Below the pieces are notes generated by a model that was given only the letters and a program-made list of their open reading frames with translations, was not told where the DNA came from and did no database searches. Below, piece by piece: positions 1 through 12,233 of a stretch of DNA of 55,213 nt. Made by a program: the position numbers and the translations under genes. Origin of the DNA: Paramecium tetraurelia (lineage: Eukaryota); the NCBI GenBank assembly GCA_000165425.1, contig CT868008.1, forward strand, positions 620,001 to 675,213. Direction: 5' to 3'. The stretch's first letter is position 1, and every line of letters begins with the position of its first letter.

Positions 1-152
1 GAATTGTTAGGTTCTTCTTATTTTCGTTTTTTATGAAAACTTGATCTTGGAAGTAGTTCTGAGGTATCAAGGATCTGTTTGTTTCGGTTAGTTCCTGATT
101 TAGCTGATTCGGCCCTTATTTTTTTTAATTACTAGAATAGGGTTGCTCTCAT
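1..152 (-). CDS. 5' portion of a hypothetical protein running off the window edge
   Basis: ATG at 152; TGA-free code-6 frame MRATLFQQLKKIRAESAKSGTNRNKQILDTSELLPRSSFHKKRKQEEPNN to the window edge; no recognisable domain. Confidence 0.55.
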
Positions 153-166
153 TTTAATTATTATTA

Positions 167-509
167 ATGTCGGATATTGAAGAAACAATCAATAGAATCA
201 AGACTCACAAGTCTGTTTAAGGAATAGTGATTTGCAATAACGATGGTTAAATAATAAGGAGTACCTACGGAACAGAAAGCAAAGAAGGAGAAAACATAGC
301 GAGAACCATTCCTACATTAGCTGCCAAGGCCAAGTACTTAATAATGTTAAGGATTAACAAGATCGACAGTGCGTGATTTGGATCCAAACAATGAGTTAAC
401 TTTCTTGCGTATCAAGTCTAAGAATAATGAGATTATGGTGGCACCAGATAAAGAGTTCTTGTTGATAGTAGTTTAAGGACCAAAAGAAGAAAAAAAGGAG
501 GAAGAATGA
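167..509 (+). CDS. DYNLRB: Dynein light chain roadblock/LC7
   Basis: [33 protein letters not shown]...[40 protein letters not shown]; 28-nt intron 334-361; TGA 507-509. Confidence 0.96.
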
Positions 510-538
510 ACATACAATTATAATATATAAATATATAC

Positions 539-1518
539 ATGTAGCAAATCAATTAGATCGCTGATCATTTGTATTTAATACAATAAGGCAACAACTCTTA
601 CATTCACCGACAGCTGGGAGAATCAGATGTACTCTTTAATTATTAGTTCAATAGACTGTGGTTATAAAATCTGTGTTCCATGCTTAACTATTTATGGAAG
701 ATGATAGTGTTTGTCACTCCGTTCATTAGAGAGAATGCCAAGATCTCTAGAATGAATGGAAAATACTCAGCTAGCTAAATCATCCAAACATAATCAAACC
801 TTAATAATTTATTGCCAATCATTAGCTTGACCCAGCTGGAGGGAACCTCCAATGTTGCAGCTTATTCCTTGAAAATGCTTCTTGTGATCTTCATACTCTC
901 TGCAAATCAAATGAAACATCCTTCAAAATTATAATCAAGTACTTTACTTAAATTTCAATTGCTGTCGAATATTTGCATTCCTAAAACATAGCACACAATG
1001 ACATCAAATTAGAGAACATGCTCGTGATCAATAGAAATGTTATCAAATTGGCTGACTTTGGATTCAGCTATAGACCTGCCTACGAGGACTTACTTTCCAA
1101 ATGGTTACCCAGAACTCTCACAGCTTATTCCAGTCCTGAAATTGTTAATTTTAGATTAAATGTTGCTGATGGTGAATATGATGAATTCTGTTTATTTGCC
1201 TCGGATGTGTATGCTTTAACCACAGCGCTATTTCTAGCTGTCTATAAGAGACCGCCTATCATGGGTAAGTTCCCAACTATAGATGATTAATATTATCATT
1301 TATTGATCAACCAACCTGATTTGTTTTGGCAATTAGATTTCATTCAGAAAGTAGACTCTTAATTAATGAGGGAACACATTCCTAAATAATTACTCGAAAA
1401 CTTTAAAGACTTAATTGAAGGTGGATTGGCTGAAGAATACAATAGGATTACTATTTAAGACTTCATAAATCACGAATTTTTCAAATATGCTATGCAAATT
1501 GAAGGAGAATAATATTGA
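539..1518 (+). CDS. Ser/Thr protein kinase (non-RD, degenerate Gly loop)
   Basis: VVIK, LNHPNIIK, HNDIKLEN, DFG, YSSPE, DVYAL motifs; 26-nt intron 629-654; TGA 1516-1518. Confidence 0.9.
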
Positions 1519-1848
1519 CATCATCAATTAATAGTAAATACTCAATCTATTAAATATATGACTAACTATATTATTATATTCTATTCCCACTATTTCAAAT
1601 AAATACCTTAACTCTAAAATGAAGTTTATTTTTTAAACTTCCGTTTTAGAGTGAGGAATTATAAAATTTATAATCAGAATTGTACAATATAATGCTCGAT
1701 AATATTTCAATATGAATCTACCTAAGTATTCTAACCCATAATGAAGTCATTAATTGTCAAATGTATTTGAATATTCTCTTAATTAATTTTGGGGATTTCA
1801 TTGTCAATTTTTATTCAATTGATTATTAGAGTTAATTTAATTTTTTAA

Positions 1849-2990
1849 ATGTTATATTTATGAACTGATTTTTTTTACTTTGCTGTTAAAATTCATTAGG
1901 ATTTCAAACCCTTACTTTGCACTCAAGTTCATTTGAGACCAATAGTTTTATAAATTCTAATGGTAAGATTTGACTAATATTACTTTAATGATTGGCTAAT
2001 AACAAATGGGTTATCCATCAACGTATATTAAGAATGTGGATCAAATCGAATATTTGGAGGAATTTCTAACTTCTGTTATATGACATTGATAACGAAATTT
2101 TTTATTCTTCCTCCTCATTCAAAGTTTATTTAGATTTTTAGAAGTACACCTATTGCTGCAATATTATAGAATTTTCAATTGGGTAAGCAATGAAACAATT
2201 TATGTTCATTTAGATAGTATAAAGTTGTTGAATAACTATTTAATTAATTACCTACATGATTAAATATATGTGGAGAAAATGATTATGTTTTCTCTGTAGA
2301 TTAAACAATCATCCATAATTTCGAAACTTTATAAATCATGATTACAGCAAATATTGCATTTTTAGGGGTTTTGGGGAATCAAGAATTTCAGACTTGTGAT
2401 ATAACTTTGTCCAGCTGGCTGTTTATTATTTATGAATGTGATTCAAGGTTAGATTGCCTAAAATCGACATTATACATATCTACATGACAGAAACCAATTC
2501 ATAGCGCTTTGATTAAGAAGGGTGGGATGTATAAAATGGACAGTCATAAAAATCTTACGATCTCTTTATGTTTTCCTTAGTTATATTCTAGAGCAATTAT
2601 ATCTTATAATTTATTTTGATTTTCTTTGTAGACTCATTTTATTTGCTATCGTGGATCTGCTTTAAAAATTAGATCAAAGCTAATGAATATTACTAGAACT
2701 TGATTTTAGATAGTATTCTAACCAAATTTTTACTTACAAAAAAATTTACTGGGATTACGATATATGCAATTTTTCTTATAATTCTAAATTGATGTTCGGG
2801 TGGTTTCATATTTATGGTACTTTTCTTTGTAATAGTGGATGCAATACTTGCATTACAACAAGTGTTTTACATTGTAAAAATATTGTTCTAAACTTCAAGT
2901 GTAAATAAGGTCGAAAGAATGGATAAAGAAAATTCTTTTGAGCCATAGATGCACTCAAATTATGGTGTGTAATTTGGTTGAAATGAGTTA
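1849..2990 (+). pseudogene. Decayed fragment of a ciliate cysteine-rich surface/transmembrane protein family
   Basis: Motifs DWLITNG..ECGSNRIFGG, LPPH, FNW..ETIYVHLD and FWGIKNFRLVIQLCPAGC occur in order but need several frame changes, with TGA stops between; intron-like gtac..tag near 2144-2169; boundaries approximate. Confidence 0.6.
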
Positions 2991-3278
2991 AAGTGTTAAT
3001 TTAATTATCAAATTTGTAATTTTTTTAAAATAGAAAATTTAAAATATCATAAGATTGAAATATCATCTATATTCTATTAAAAGTCATTGTATTTAAGGTG
3101 AATTTTAATTCATTTTTATGTTTTTAATTAAGTTTCAGCTGAGATTTGATTTTAATATAGTTGGTATATAATTTATATTGCTTTACAAAAAATAGTAAGG
3201 TAATTAAAAAAGCATTTTAATATTTTATTCATTTATGTGATATTGATGATTCAGATAAAATGAAAATAAATTAATACA

Positions 3279-4961
3279 ATGAGTGATCCAACTGAATCAT
3301 AGTAGAAATAAAATAATGATGTAATATACTGCAAACATCATCCTGAAGAATAGGTAACTAGGGTATGCAATAGTCCAGAATGCAATAAAGATGGATTCAT
3401 TTGTTCTAAGTGTGTGCATGAAGGAGCACATGAAGGTCACCCATCATTTGGATATGCTAAGTTAAAGGCTGCTCTCATTAAATTTGTTAGTAATATTATT
3501 AATTTGATCATTAGATTCATTCAAGAACACAATAAGATCTAACCAAGGAAGGATAATTGAGTTATGCTAGAATGTAGAACTATTTGGAAGAGACTTCGTA
3601 AAGTATATACAAATAAGCCTAAAAGTTGAATAAATTAAGTCAATTCATGGAAAATCTGAATGAAACTCTATTAAGCTTGTAAGAGATTGGAGAAGAGGTA
3701 GATATTGCATATACTATACTTTACAACATGGATAAGAAAGAAACAGGGGAGTAGATGTATCCACCCTTAATGATTACTTAAATTAATTTCAGACTATTGA
3801 TGGATATCAATCTAGACTCATAAAATCATGAAGTATCAATCAAGCCATCAAGCATTTCACCAATTGAGAATCAAGAATATTTTAGATAAGAAAGCAGATT
3901 TCACATCATTATTAAGAAAAACAGTAGAAGAACATGAACAACACTTTTAGAAGTTCTTGAAAGAAATGGGAGATTTGCTGAAGGAGAATAAACAATTTTT
4001 AGTACCTAAGGCTAATGAAACAGAAGAGAATAGAAATGCTGAATTTGGAAAGAGAGCTCTATATAATTCTTATTATAAATAAGACACAGAAAAAACTGAG
4101 AAAAATAAAAAGAAAGTAAAAGGCTAAGTTAAAGGTAAAGTAAAACATGAAGATGATGAAGAAATGAGCATTGGCAGAGAATATTAAATAGGAGCTGTTG
4201 AAAAATGTGGTATTCCAAAGTTAGATTAAGGACAACCTCCTTAGGGAATCAAAAAACAAATGTTTAAATTGTGTAACTATCTGATATTTTACAACACCTT
4301 GATGTGTGATTCAATTTTGCCAGAGCCAATATTAAGAGGAGTGCCTTTGAAGAAAATGCAATAAGGAGAATTGAAGTTTCCGATCAGATGTGCTTTTTGT
4401 AGACTATTAAAAATTAGATCATTTGTGCAATTCTATTTTAGATTTGATTTGGTATCAAGATTTGGAAAGCTTTGCTTATTTAAGGATAAAGAAGGCAGAG
4501 AAATATGTTCTCATGAAATGTGTTTGCTATGGTCTAATAGGGTTTAAGTTGATTACAACACAATGTTAGTGGATATTGCTACTTTGATATAGGCAGTCTA
4601 ATTTGCATAAGCTTAAATGTGTAGATATTGTGGATCAATTGGAGCATCTTTGAAATGCAATAAAGCAGAATGCCATGTTCATTATCATTTTAACTGTCTA
4701 AAACAAGTTAGATTAATGGGATTATAGTTGGATCACGAATAAAAATTCAGATTCTTTTGTGAAGATCATGTGAGACACAATTATTAAGGTTAATCTGATT
4801 GGTTCATTACCAGAATTAGGATGAAGCATATTATCTAATAAGGAGGATAGCCAGCATTTACCAAAAAGAATCCTTAAATTGATTGGTCCACAAGAGATGC
4901 AGGCCTTAACAATGATAGCGACATGGAAGAATAACAATTCAATAAAAAACATAGATATTGA
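3279..4961 (+). CDS. B-box-like zinc finger + coiled coil + extended PHD (C2HC pre-PHD + PHD) protein
   Basis: N-term CKHH..VCNSPEC..ICSKC..HEGH; C-term RCAFC...HEMCLLWS...CRYCGSIGASLKCNKAECHVHYHFNC...FCEDH; intron near 3486-3514; TGA 4959-4961. Confidence 0.88.
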
Positions 4962-5096
4962 AATTATTATATGCATATCATATAGATATAAAATTATATT
5001 ATAACATTTTAGGGATATGATATAAAATTAATCATTTTCCATTTAGAATTATCGAGATGTATATCATTAAATTAATAAATATTTACCAGAATTAAG

Positions 5097-5650
5097 ATGG
5101 CTATGCGTGAATAACCTTGTCCATACAGAATCATAGATGATTTTGGAGGAGCCTTCTCTATGGGATGCTTTGCTGGATGCATTTTTTATTTCTTAAAGGG
5201 AATGTCATTTGCTCCAAAAAAGGAAAGATTTTTTGGAGGAATCTAATTATTAAAAAGAAGAGCCCCTATTTTAGGAGGATCTTTTGCTTTATGGGGTGGG
5301 TTATTCAGCATTACTGATTGTACTCTTATGCATTTGAGAAATCAATAAGATTTTATTAACCCAATTGTGGCAGGAGCATTCACTGGAGGCTTCTTAGCTA
5401 TTAGAGGTATTTGCTTTCAAAATCATACATAGCTGGAACAAGAATTGCTGTGAGAAATGCCATTTTTGGTGGTATCATTTTAGGATTTATATAATTGGCA
5501 GAAGTGGGAATGTTAAAGATGCAAATGAGAGAAGAAATGAAAAGGATGTAATAATAATAATAACAACAAATGGCTGAAATGTAAGAAATGATGGAAATGC
5601 AAAATAATAGAGCTGGTAAAAAGTAATAACCTAAAGTTGAAAAGTATTGA
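5097..5650 (+). CDS. TIM17: Mitochondrial inner-membrane translocase subunit Tim17
   Basis: REQPCPYRIIDDFGGAFSMG...RAPILGGSFALWGGLFSITDC...NPIVAGAFTGGFLAIRAG; 26-nt intron 5407-5432; Q/M-rich tail. Confidence 0.95.
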
Positions 5651-6395
5651 AATTTGCTTTTTTATATTTCATTTGTCACCTAATACCTAATAAATTATAT
5701 CATGGTCTATATAATTAATGAAAATAACTTTAGATTAGAATTCATTTGTATTAAGCATTCGATACATTTATTGAATTTAAAGTCAAATTCATTTATGTCC
5801 AAGTTTAAGTATTAAACTTATTTTTACTTTTTGTCAAGATTTGAGAGTTCGAATAGTTCATAAGTTATAATTGTTAATAATATAGTTAGATCTTATATTT
5901 TCTTCATGTCAATGCTAAGTAAAACAGCATTTTTTTGATGATTAATTAAGATTCTTAGATTTTGTGTTTCCTAAATATCTTCATCATCTTTTAAATGAAT
6001 TTTCCACTGAAATAAAATTAAGAAAATAATATTAAACCTTAATACAAATCATTTGAAACTATTAAAATCCTTACAAGCTGTAAAAATTATTGGATAATAT
6101 CATTTGTATAGGTAATATTATCTTCTACATATGGAATTGTGTTTTCATCAAATAGAATTGAATTACAACTTTGAAATAAATCAATTAAATTATACTACTT
6201 ATCAAAATATAAATATAGTTAAATTTGTTATTTCTCTTTATGATATTTATTTTTCTATCATTTCAGAGGCTCCAATTAACTTATATTTACAACCTCTGAA
6301 AATACAAAGATGTGAGTGAAAAAAATATAATTAATAAGAAATGAATGCCTTCTTATAGAGATTCATAATTTAATATTGATCTGGTTATTAATATC

Positions 6396-7522
6396 TCAAT
6401 TGAATTTGCACTTTGAAAAATCCATTTCTGGGTGAGCTTTCATAAACTCAGATAATTTATTCTACTTTAAAAGCTCATCACTAGAAGGCTTGCCCATTTG
6501 TTTTTGTCTCATATCAAACATCATCTTTTCAACAGTTCCTCTTGTGTCTCCATCCAAATCAGATAATTAGGATGGCTCTGGACTAATTTTCTGAGTGTTG
6601 ATTTAAAGATCACCTTGAGATTATTTATTATAATTTACCTTTGATAACACATGACCACCAATTCATTTAGCCAGAGTATTTTGCAATCGAAATGTGAATA
6701 TACTTTCCTTTGTAATCCTAAATTTCTCCGTCTGTTAATAACCAAGTTGATTCGTCTGATTGAATTTTTTCAAACAGTTATCCATTGATAATAAAAGGTT
6801 AACCTAAAAGTAAATTTGATTAACATAAATACCCTTTAGTCCGACTTATAATGAGCAGGCCTCAATTTTCACAGTTAGTTATTTGCTTGTAACTGTCGAA
6901 GGTATAGGAATATAGACCTAAACTTCTTCAAGGGTTTGGGTCCAAATATATCTCTCTGTTCTTCCTCCATTACCTACAGGTGGTTTTTCGTTGTCATCCT
7001 TTTTCTCTCCATCTTTAGCTTCACCTTCTCCCTCCTTCTTTTCAGGTTCTTATGGCTTCTATTCAGGCACCTTCAAAACTGGTTAGTACACTGGTACTGA
7101 TGGATCTAATGGCTCTTATTATTATTATTATTGTTATTGCTATTATTATTATTTTTGTTAAGCCAATTTTTCTTGTTATTATTATAACAATTATTCTTGT
7201 TATAGCCTTTCTGCTTCTTTCTTAGCTTTTTCGGCAGCCTCTTTTTCTTTTTTTCTTTATTCTTCTCTTTATTTTCTTTATTCTTCCTTCTTGTCCTTGT
7301 CAACTTTTTCTGATTAAAAGATTTGGAAGTTTTTAGCACAGGATGTTGTGATAACTTTTTCTGCTGATTTTTCATCTAAGAAAAAGTCTGTGTGTCGTCT
7401 TTGAAAATAAAAAATTGAATTTACCTCAAAAATCCGAATGCAGCATCAAAGAATACATTAATATCTTTTGTTTACTACATAATTGTCATAAATAGACCAT
7501 CATACTTATTTTCTTCAGTCAT
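6396..7522 (-). CDS. NUDC: Nuclear distribution protein NudC (CS/p23 domain co-chaperone)
   Basis: [70 protein letters not shown]; ends [12 protein letters not shown]; short introns. Confidence 0.95.
7116..7151 (-). repeat. Poly-Gln tract (12 Q) in NudC, encoded mostly by TAA
   Basis: Minus strand TAA TAA TAA TAG CAA TAA CAA TAA TAA TAA TAA TAA, in frame within NudC. Confidence 0.85.
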
Positions 7523-7855
7523 TTCAAAAATGGATTATTATTAATGAAAATATTTTAAAAAATATGAGGCAACTCTAAAAGTTCTAGAACTCTCTATTTT
7601 GTTTTGGATAATTTAAAATACTATAAATTTAATTATTTTTACATAAATACAATCCTTTTTAGATCCTTTATAGTCATTTCTCAACCTCATCCATTATCCA
7701 TTGAGATGAAGCTAAGATTGTTAGATCTAAACCTTATGTACTACTAACACTAAGATTGCTCCTCCATTTTTATCGCAATTAAATAAAGCTCTATAGAGAA
7801 ATATAATAATTACTAACGTAAAATTTAAGACATACATATATAATTGAATATAAAC

Positions 7856-9144
7856 TCATAATATTTTTCCTCTATCTAAAAACGATTTACCTTTAATACA
7901 GATTTTTTAATATTCAGAAGATTTTCCAGTAAACAATCTTGCCATTAGAACCATGTTTAGCAAGCGTACAAACATGTTACCCATTAAAATTATTTAGTAA
8001 GATTTATAGGGATCTACTAATTTAGAAACTAATAACAAGATAGGAAAAGCAAGAAAAAATAACATCCCATAAATTTTCAATTAGATATAAAAGGCATCAA
8101 CTGAGTCTCCCTTCTTTTTTCTCTAATTTGTAGAATAATAAAAATAGATAGCAAGGGAAATATAAATTAAACTGATTGTGTACCCTACCCATCCTTAATA
8201 AATATGATAATCTGTTTGACTGCTCACCAACCTTCCCAATCCAACTATTAATGCCTAAGCAAAAGCAAGTAAAAATGCTAATGGACCATAAATATCCCAA
8301 TCTTCCATATCCATAAATTCAATTGACCAGCCCCATGCCAAGAGAATTAATAAAACCATTAGAAGATAATTATCAACAATCTAAATAATCTCTGAAATAG
8401 TTGAAAATGCACTAATTCCTTTGCCATTCATATTGTAGACTATTAAGTGAAAAAAATTGATTAAGTTTTGAGTTGCCTCTAAACCCATTACAACGAGAAC
8501 AAATAAATATGCATAATCCCATTCTCCATGTTTTTATATTTCAGATTTAAAAATTCTATAATTATAAATAAATCCTATAATCGTAACAACAGTTAAAATG
8601 GTCACCACATTTAATAGTCCTTGTTCTTCCAAAGAGAATTCTTGACCTCCCTCTTCAAAAAACCAAATTGTGATTTCTAATTTAGTGTTTTTATTATTTA
8701 GTTTTATAACCTTATCAATGCTATGTTAGCAATTGTTAAAGACTGCAATCCAAACATTGTGATATTTGCCAAATCTCAATTCCCCCTCTTGTGTTGAGAT
8801 TTTTTGGTCTTAACTTGCTTCTATAGATTAGTGCACAATTTTATTCGCATCCTATTACCTATCACACTCATCTCTTTTCAAGGCAGCCTGCCAACTATCT
8901 TATTGAAAGAAGTCAAAAGCAATATCAAATGATCTATTGTCATAATCCTTTGGGGGTTTGATGATTCGAGATCTAGAATAATAGAATTCAATTACTAAAT
9001 TTTATAATTGACTATTCCTTTGCTGCCAAATCTGTTAATCGGGATGTACTATTATTTCTAAAGCTACTTTATCGTAAAGGTTTGCGTTATCTATTTTGCT
9101 TATGTCAAAACAAGAACAATCAATATTTACATTTTAATTAACAT
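7856..9144 (-). CDS. GPR180/TMEM145-family (GOST) seven-transmembrane protein
   Basis: Signal-peptide-like start MLIKMQILIVLVLTQA, lumenal domain ending QEFSLEEQG, then YNMNGKG, LILLAWGWSI, YHIYQGWVG and multiple hydrophobic helices; one 23-nt intron; start could be at 9132 instead. Confidence 0.82.
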
Positions 9145-9288
9145 CTTAATGCTACCAGATAAATGGTTTGCAATTCATAATCAATTATAAGCCTTTTTAT
9201 TGAAATATCTCAAAATTAAAATTAATATCAAAGAAATAATTTGGATATATGGAAAATCAATAAAGAACATGTATATTAAACAAATCTA

Positions 9289-11040
9289 TCAAATACACCT
9301 TTATTAAATCAGATCTTTTGTATTTTTTAGTTCCTGGTAAATTTTCATCCATTACTAATCTAAATAGATTGCCTTCACTTATCTCAATTCCTTAATCGAG
9401 TTTATCAATGTAAGCTGAGTTGATCTCATCTATTGTTTTGTTAGTTAACAATTAATCAAGAGGTCTTTTCTCTTTGTTCATTTTACTTGCCAATCTTGTA
9501 ATAATTTTTCTAAATCTTAAATATTTGCTTCTTAGATAAGCATTTTGTATTTCAATCATATCTTGGGTCATTTTGGCATGTTATTTTTCTCTGGCCAAAG
9601 TTGTCTTTTAAGTTTATGGGTTGTAATTCATTTCCATAATGTAAAATTTTATAAATCATCAGTTAGAATAAAATCTGCAGCAAAAAACTCCAGCTAATCT
9701 ACTATCTCTATTAAATTTTTGTTATGCAGATCTAATTGCATGTATGATCATTCTGTCAATTGTAGGATGCAAATAGTTTTAGAGCCACTTAGTGTCTTTG
9801 ATTTTGCCTTGCTTTAATAAAAGATCCTACAAATAATCTAATTTCCAATCTATGTACAACTCTGATTCATCAGAATTATCTTCGCTCATATATAAGTCAG
9901 ATCCCTTCTTTTGCAAAGTGCTTTGTACTACAGCAGTATTGCAAACATGAGCCTCCTTATCCAAAGAAAACTTATCGAAGGTAGCTATGCACCTTCTAAT
10001 CAACGTCTTATCATATGCATAGGCAATAATGGGATTAGTTGATGCGAGAACCCAATAAACTCTAAATTCTATTTTATGATCATTAAATAACATAGGATTC
10101 CCAATATATTTTTAGGCTACAAGCAATGATTTATCAGCTCCACATCTTTTGCCGTGTTTGTAAGTATCTTATAATATACGAGTTTCATCTGGAAAGAGAA
10201 CCTTAATTCCTCGTCCTCTATGAACTTCCAAGCCCACCTTAGTTATAAATTATGGACCCTCTCTTTCTATTAGACTTTTGTATTCAGCTGAATCCAAATA
10301 AGTGAAAAACTCTTCACAATCTAACTTATTAAATAATCTATAAGTCTTAGGAATAAATGTAGCATTGTTTATGCAATCTTAATCGACTCCGCTTTTTCTT
10401 AGGTTGTCCAAATACAAGTATTAATTATTCATTAGATTATCCTTATGGGAAAGTACATGTCTAGTAATTAAGTGATTGTACTTTTGGAATAAACATAATG
10501 ATTCTAATTAGTTATTCGATGATAATACCTTAGCCTACTTAAAATTTATGCACTAATTAATCGTAGTAAGTAAAAGGAAGAGTTAATTAAACAGGTAACA
10601 CGTGTCTTGGTATATCTAACATAATCTAAAATTTGCTATTACATTAAGTATTTTTTAATTTGTATGTCATCTAAGGGATGCAATCATAATAAGAGGATCT
10701 CAACGTCTCTCTTATAACTCCTCTTGCTTCTCTAAAAGTATAAGTATCTTTCATCACAATATCAGGATGATAAAATTTGTAAATATCTGATCGTTTGCAA
10801 TAATCTGCTTCCGGTCTGACCAATATTGAGTTATACTACAGTACTTAATCAATATCTAGCTCTTACTTAGGTTTTAACTGCTACTGGAGTAAAATAGGTT
10901 TGAGTCAAGTATTTGTTCAAGTAACTCAATATTTGATCAACCTCTTGCTTGTTTTTATACACAAGGGATGTCCTTATGAAATTGTAAGTAAGTAACAGAC
11001 TTAATATGGAAACAATCAAGACTATTACTTTACCAAACAT
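9289..11040 (-). CDS. Tubulin-tyrosine-ligase (TTL/ATP-grasp) family protein with N-terminal signal anchor; apparent frameshifts near the C-terminal catalytic motifs
   Basis: QKYNH..LSHKDNL, FIPKTYRL, HRGRGIKV, VAQKYIGNPMLFNDHKIEFRVYWVLAST, EFFAADF, MEMNYNP; N-term KVIVLIVSILSLLLTYNF; several small indels needed at about 9630-9830 and about 9315. Confidence 0.82.
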
Positions 11041-11094
11041 TATATAAAAATAATTATATACGTTTTTAAAGAAGTAAAATAAAATCACAAAAAA

Positions 11095-12080
11095 TCATAA
11101 ACTTTTATTCCAACACTATTCTATCCTATAATGAACTAATCTTTCATCATTTCAACAAAGCAATAATCCAATTAAGTACTTGGAATCTGCTGAGCTATTT
11201 TTAAGGTCTTCATATTCCACGTTAATGTTGAATTGAATTGACAACTTATAACAGTATCTTTATGAACTTCAATGGCATATATAGGACTGCTATGGCCATT
11301 AAATTATTTGAATAGTTTATATTTATCCATATTCCACAATTTTACTTTTTTATCCCCTCCACCGCTTACTAAGGTATGTCCTCCATTTGCATATTTCAAC
11401 GAAAGACATCCCTTTTGATGTCCATTCCATTACTTTATTAATTAAAACTTCTTCAAATTCCATTCCATTATCATGCCATCTAAAGATCCCGTTACGCAAC
11501 GAGAATCATCATGAAATATTTAAATTGAAGTGATACAATATCTATGGCCAGTTAGAGTATGTATAATTGTTTTGGATTCAATATCCCAAATCTAAATTTA
11601 GTTATCCTATGTAATAGAAATTAGTCTGTCGTCTCTGTTATTATAGAAAGCGATTTTTTTTATTTTGCTTTTAAGTCCTTTAAGTTCGAATTCTAGTTCT
11701 TTACTATCAATATTCCAGATTTTTATTATCTTATCATATGAACCTGCACTGGCAAGAAACTCTCCATTTTAGCTAAATGACAGTGTTTTATCCGAGTCGA
11801 ATTAGTTTTAGAATTGATGTTTTAATTCTCCAGCAATTGAAAAAATTCTCACACTTTTATCCAAACAAGCTGTTGCCAAAAGTTCTTTGGACTTACAAAA
11901 TTTAACACAAACTACACTTTTCATATGATAGAATTGAAAATCTGCTTCACATTTTTCTTTAACCATTACTGTTTCAGTCATTTTTTATTCTTCTTATATA
12001 TCAAATTGTATTTATCTTAATTTTCTCCAATAGTTCTTTCCAAGGAATTGAGTCTAAGATTACATATCGATTGATGTCAT
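11095..12080 (-). CDS. WD40-repeat protein
   Basis: Repeats LATACLDKSVRIFS, LASAGSYDKIIKIWN, LTGH..VTGSLDGMIMEWN, NGH..LVSGGGDKKVKLWN. Confidence 0.9.
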
Positions 12081-12233
12081 TAATATTTATTTAATAAGTT
12101 TTGAATTCTTCTTTCTTCTATTTAGGTCCAATAATTCATATTATAAACATCAAACAAAATTTAACATATATACATTTGTTACATAATATTACAATTGTAA
12201 ATTAATTTAATTGATATTATTTTGAATATTCTT

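Noticed and set aside
5660..6370. Possible minus-strand gene between Tim17 and NudC
   Set aside because: Open stretches exist (TGA-only stops make long frames common), but no consistent start, stop or recognisable motif could be assembled
7530..7840. Coding-like sequence upstream of NudC, including a frame continuous with the NudC ATG
   Set aside because: NudC homology begins at the 7522 Met; the upstream frames are mutually inconsistent and may be a small remnant
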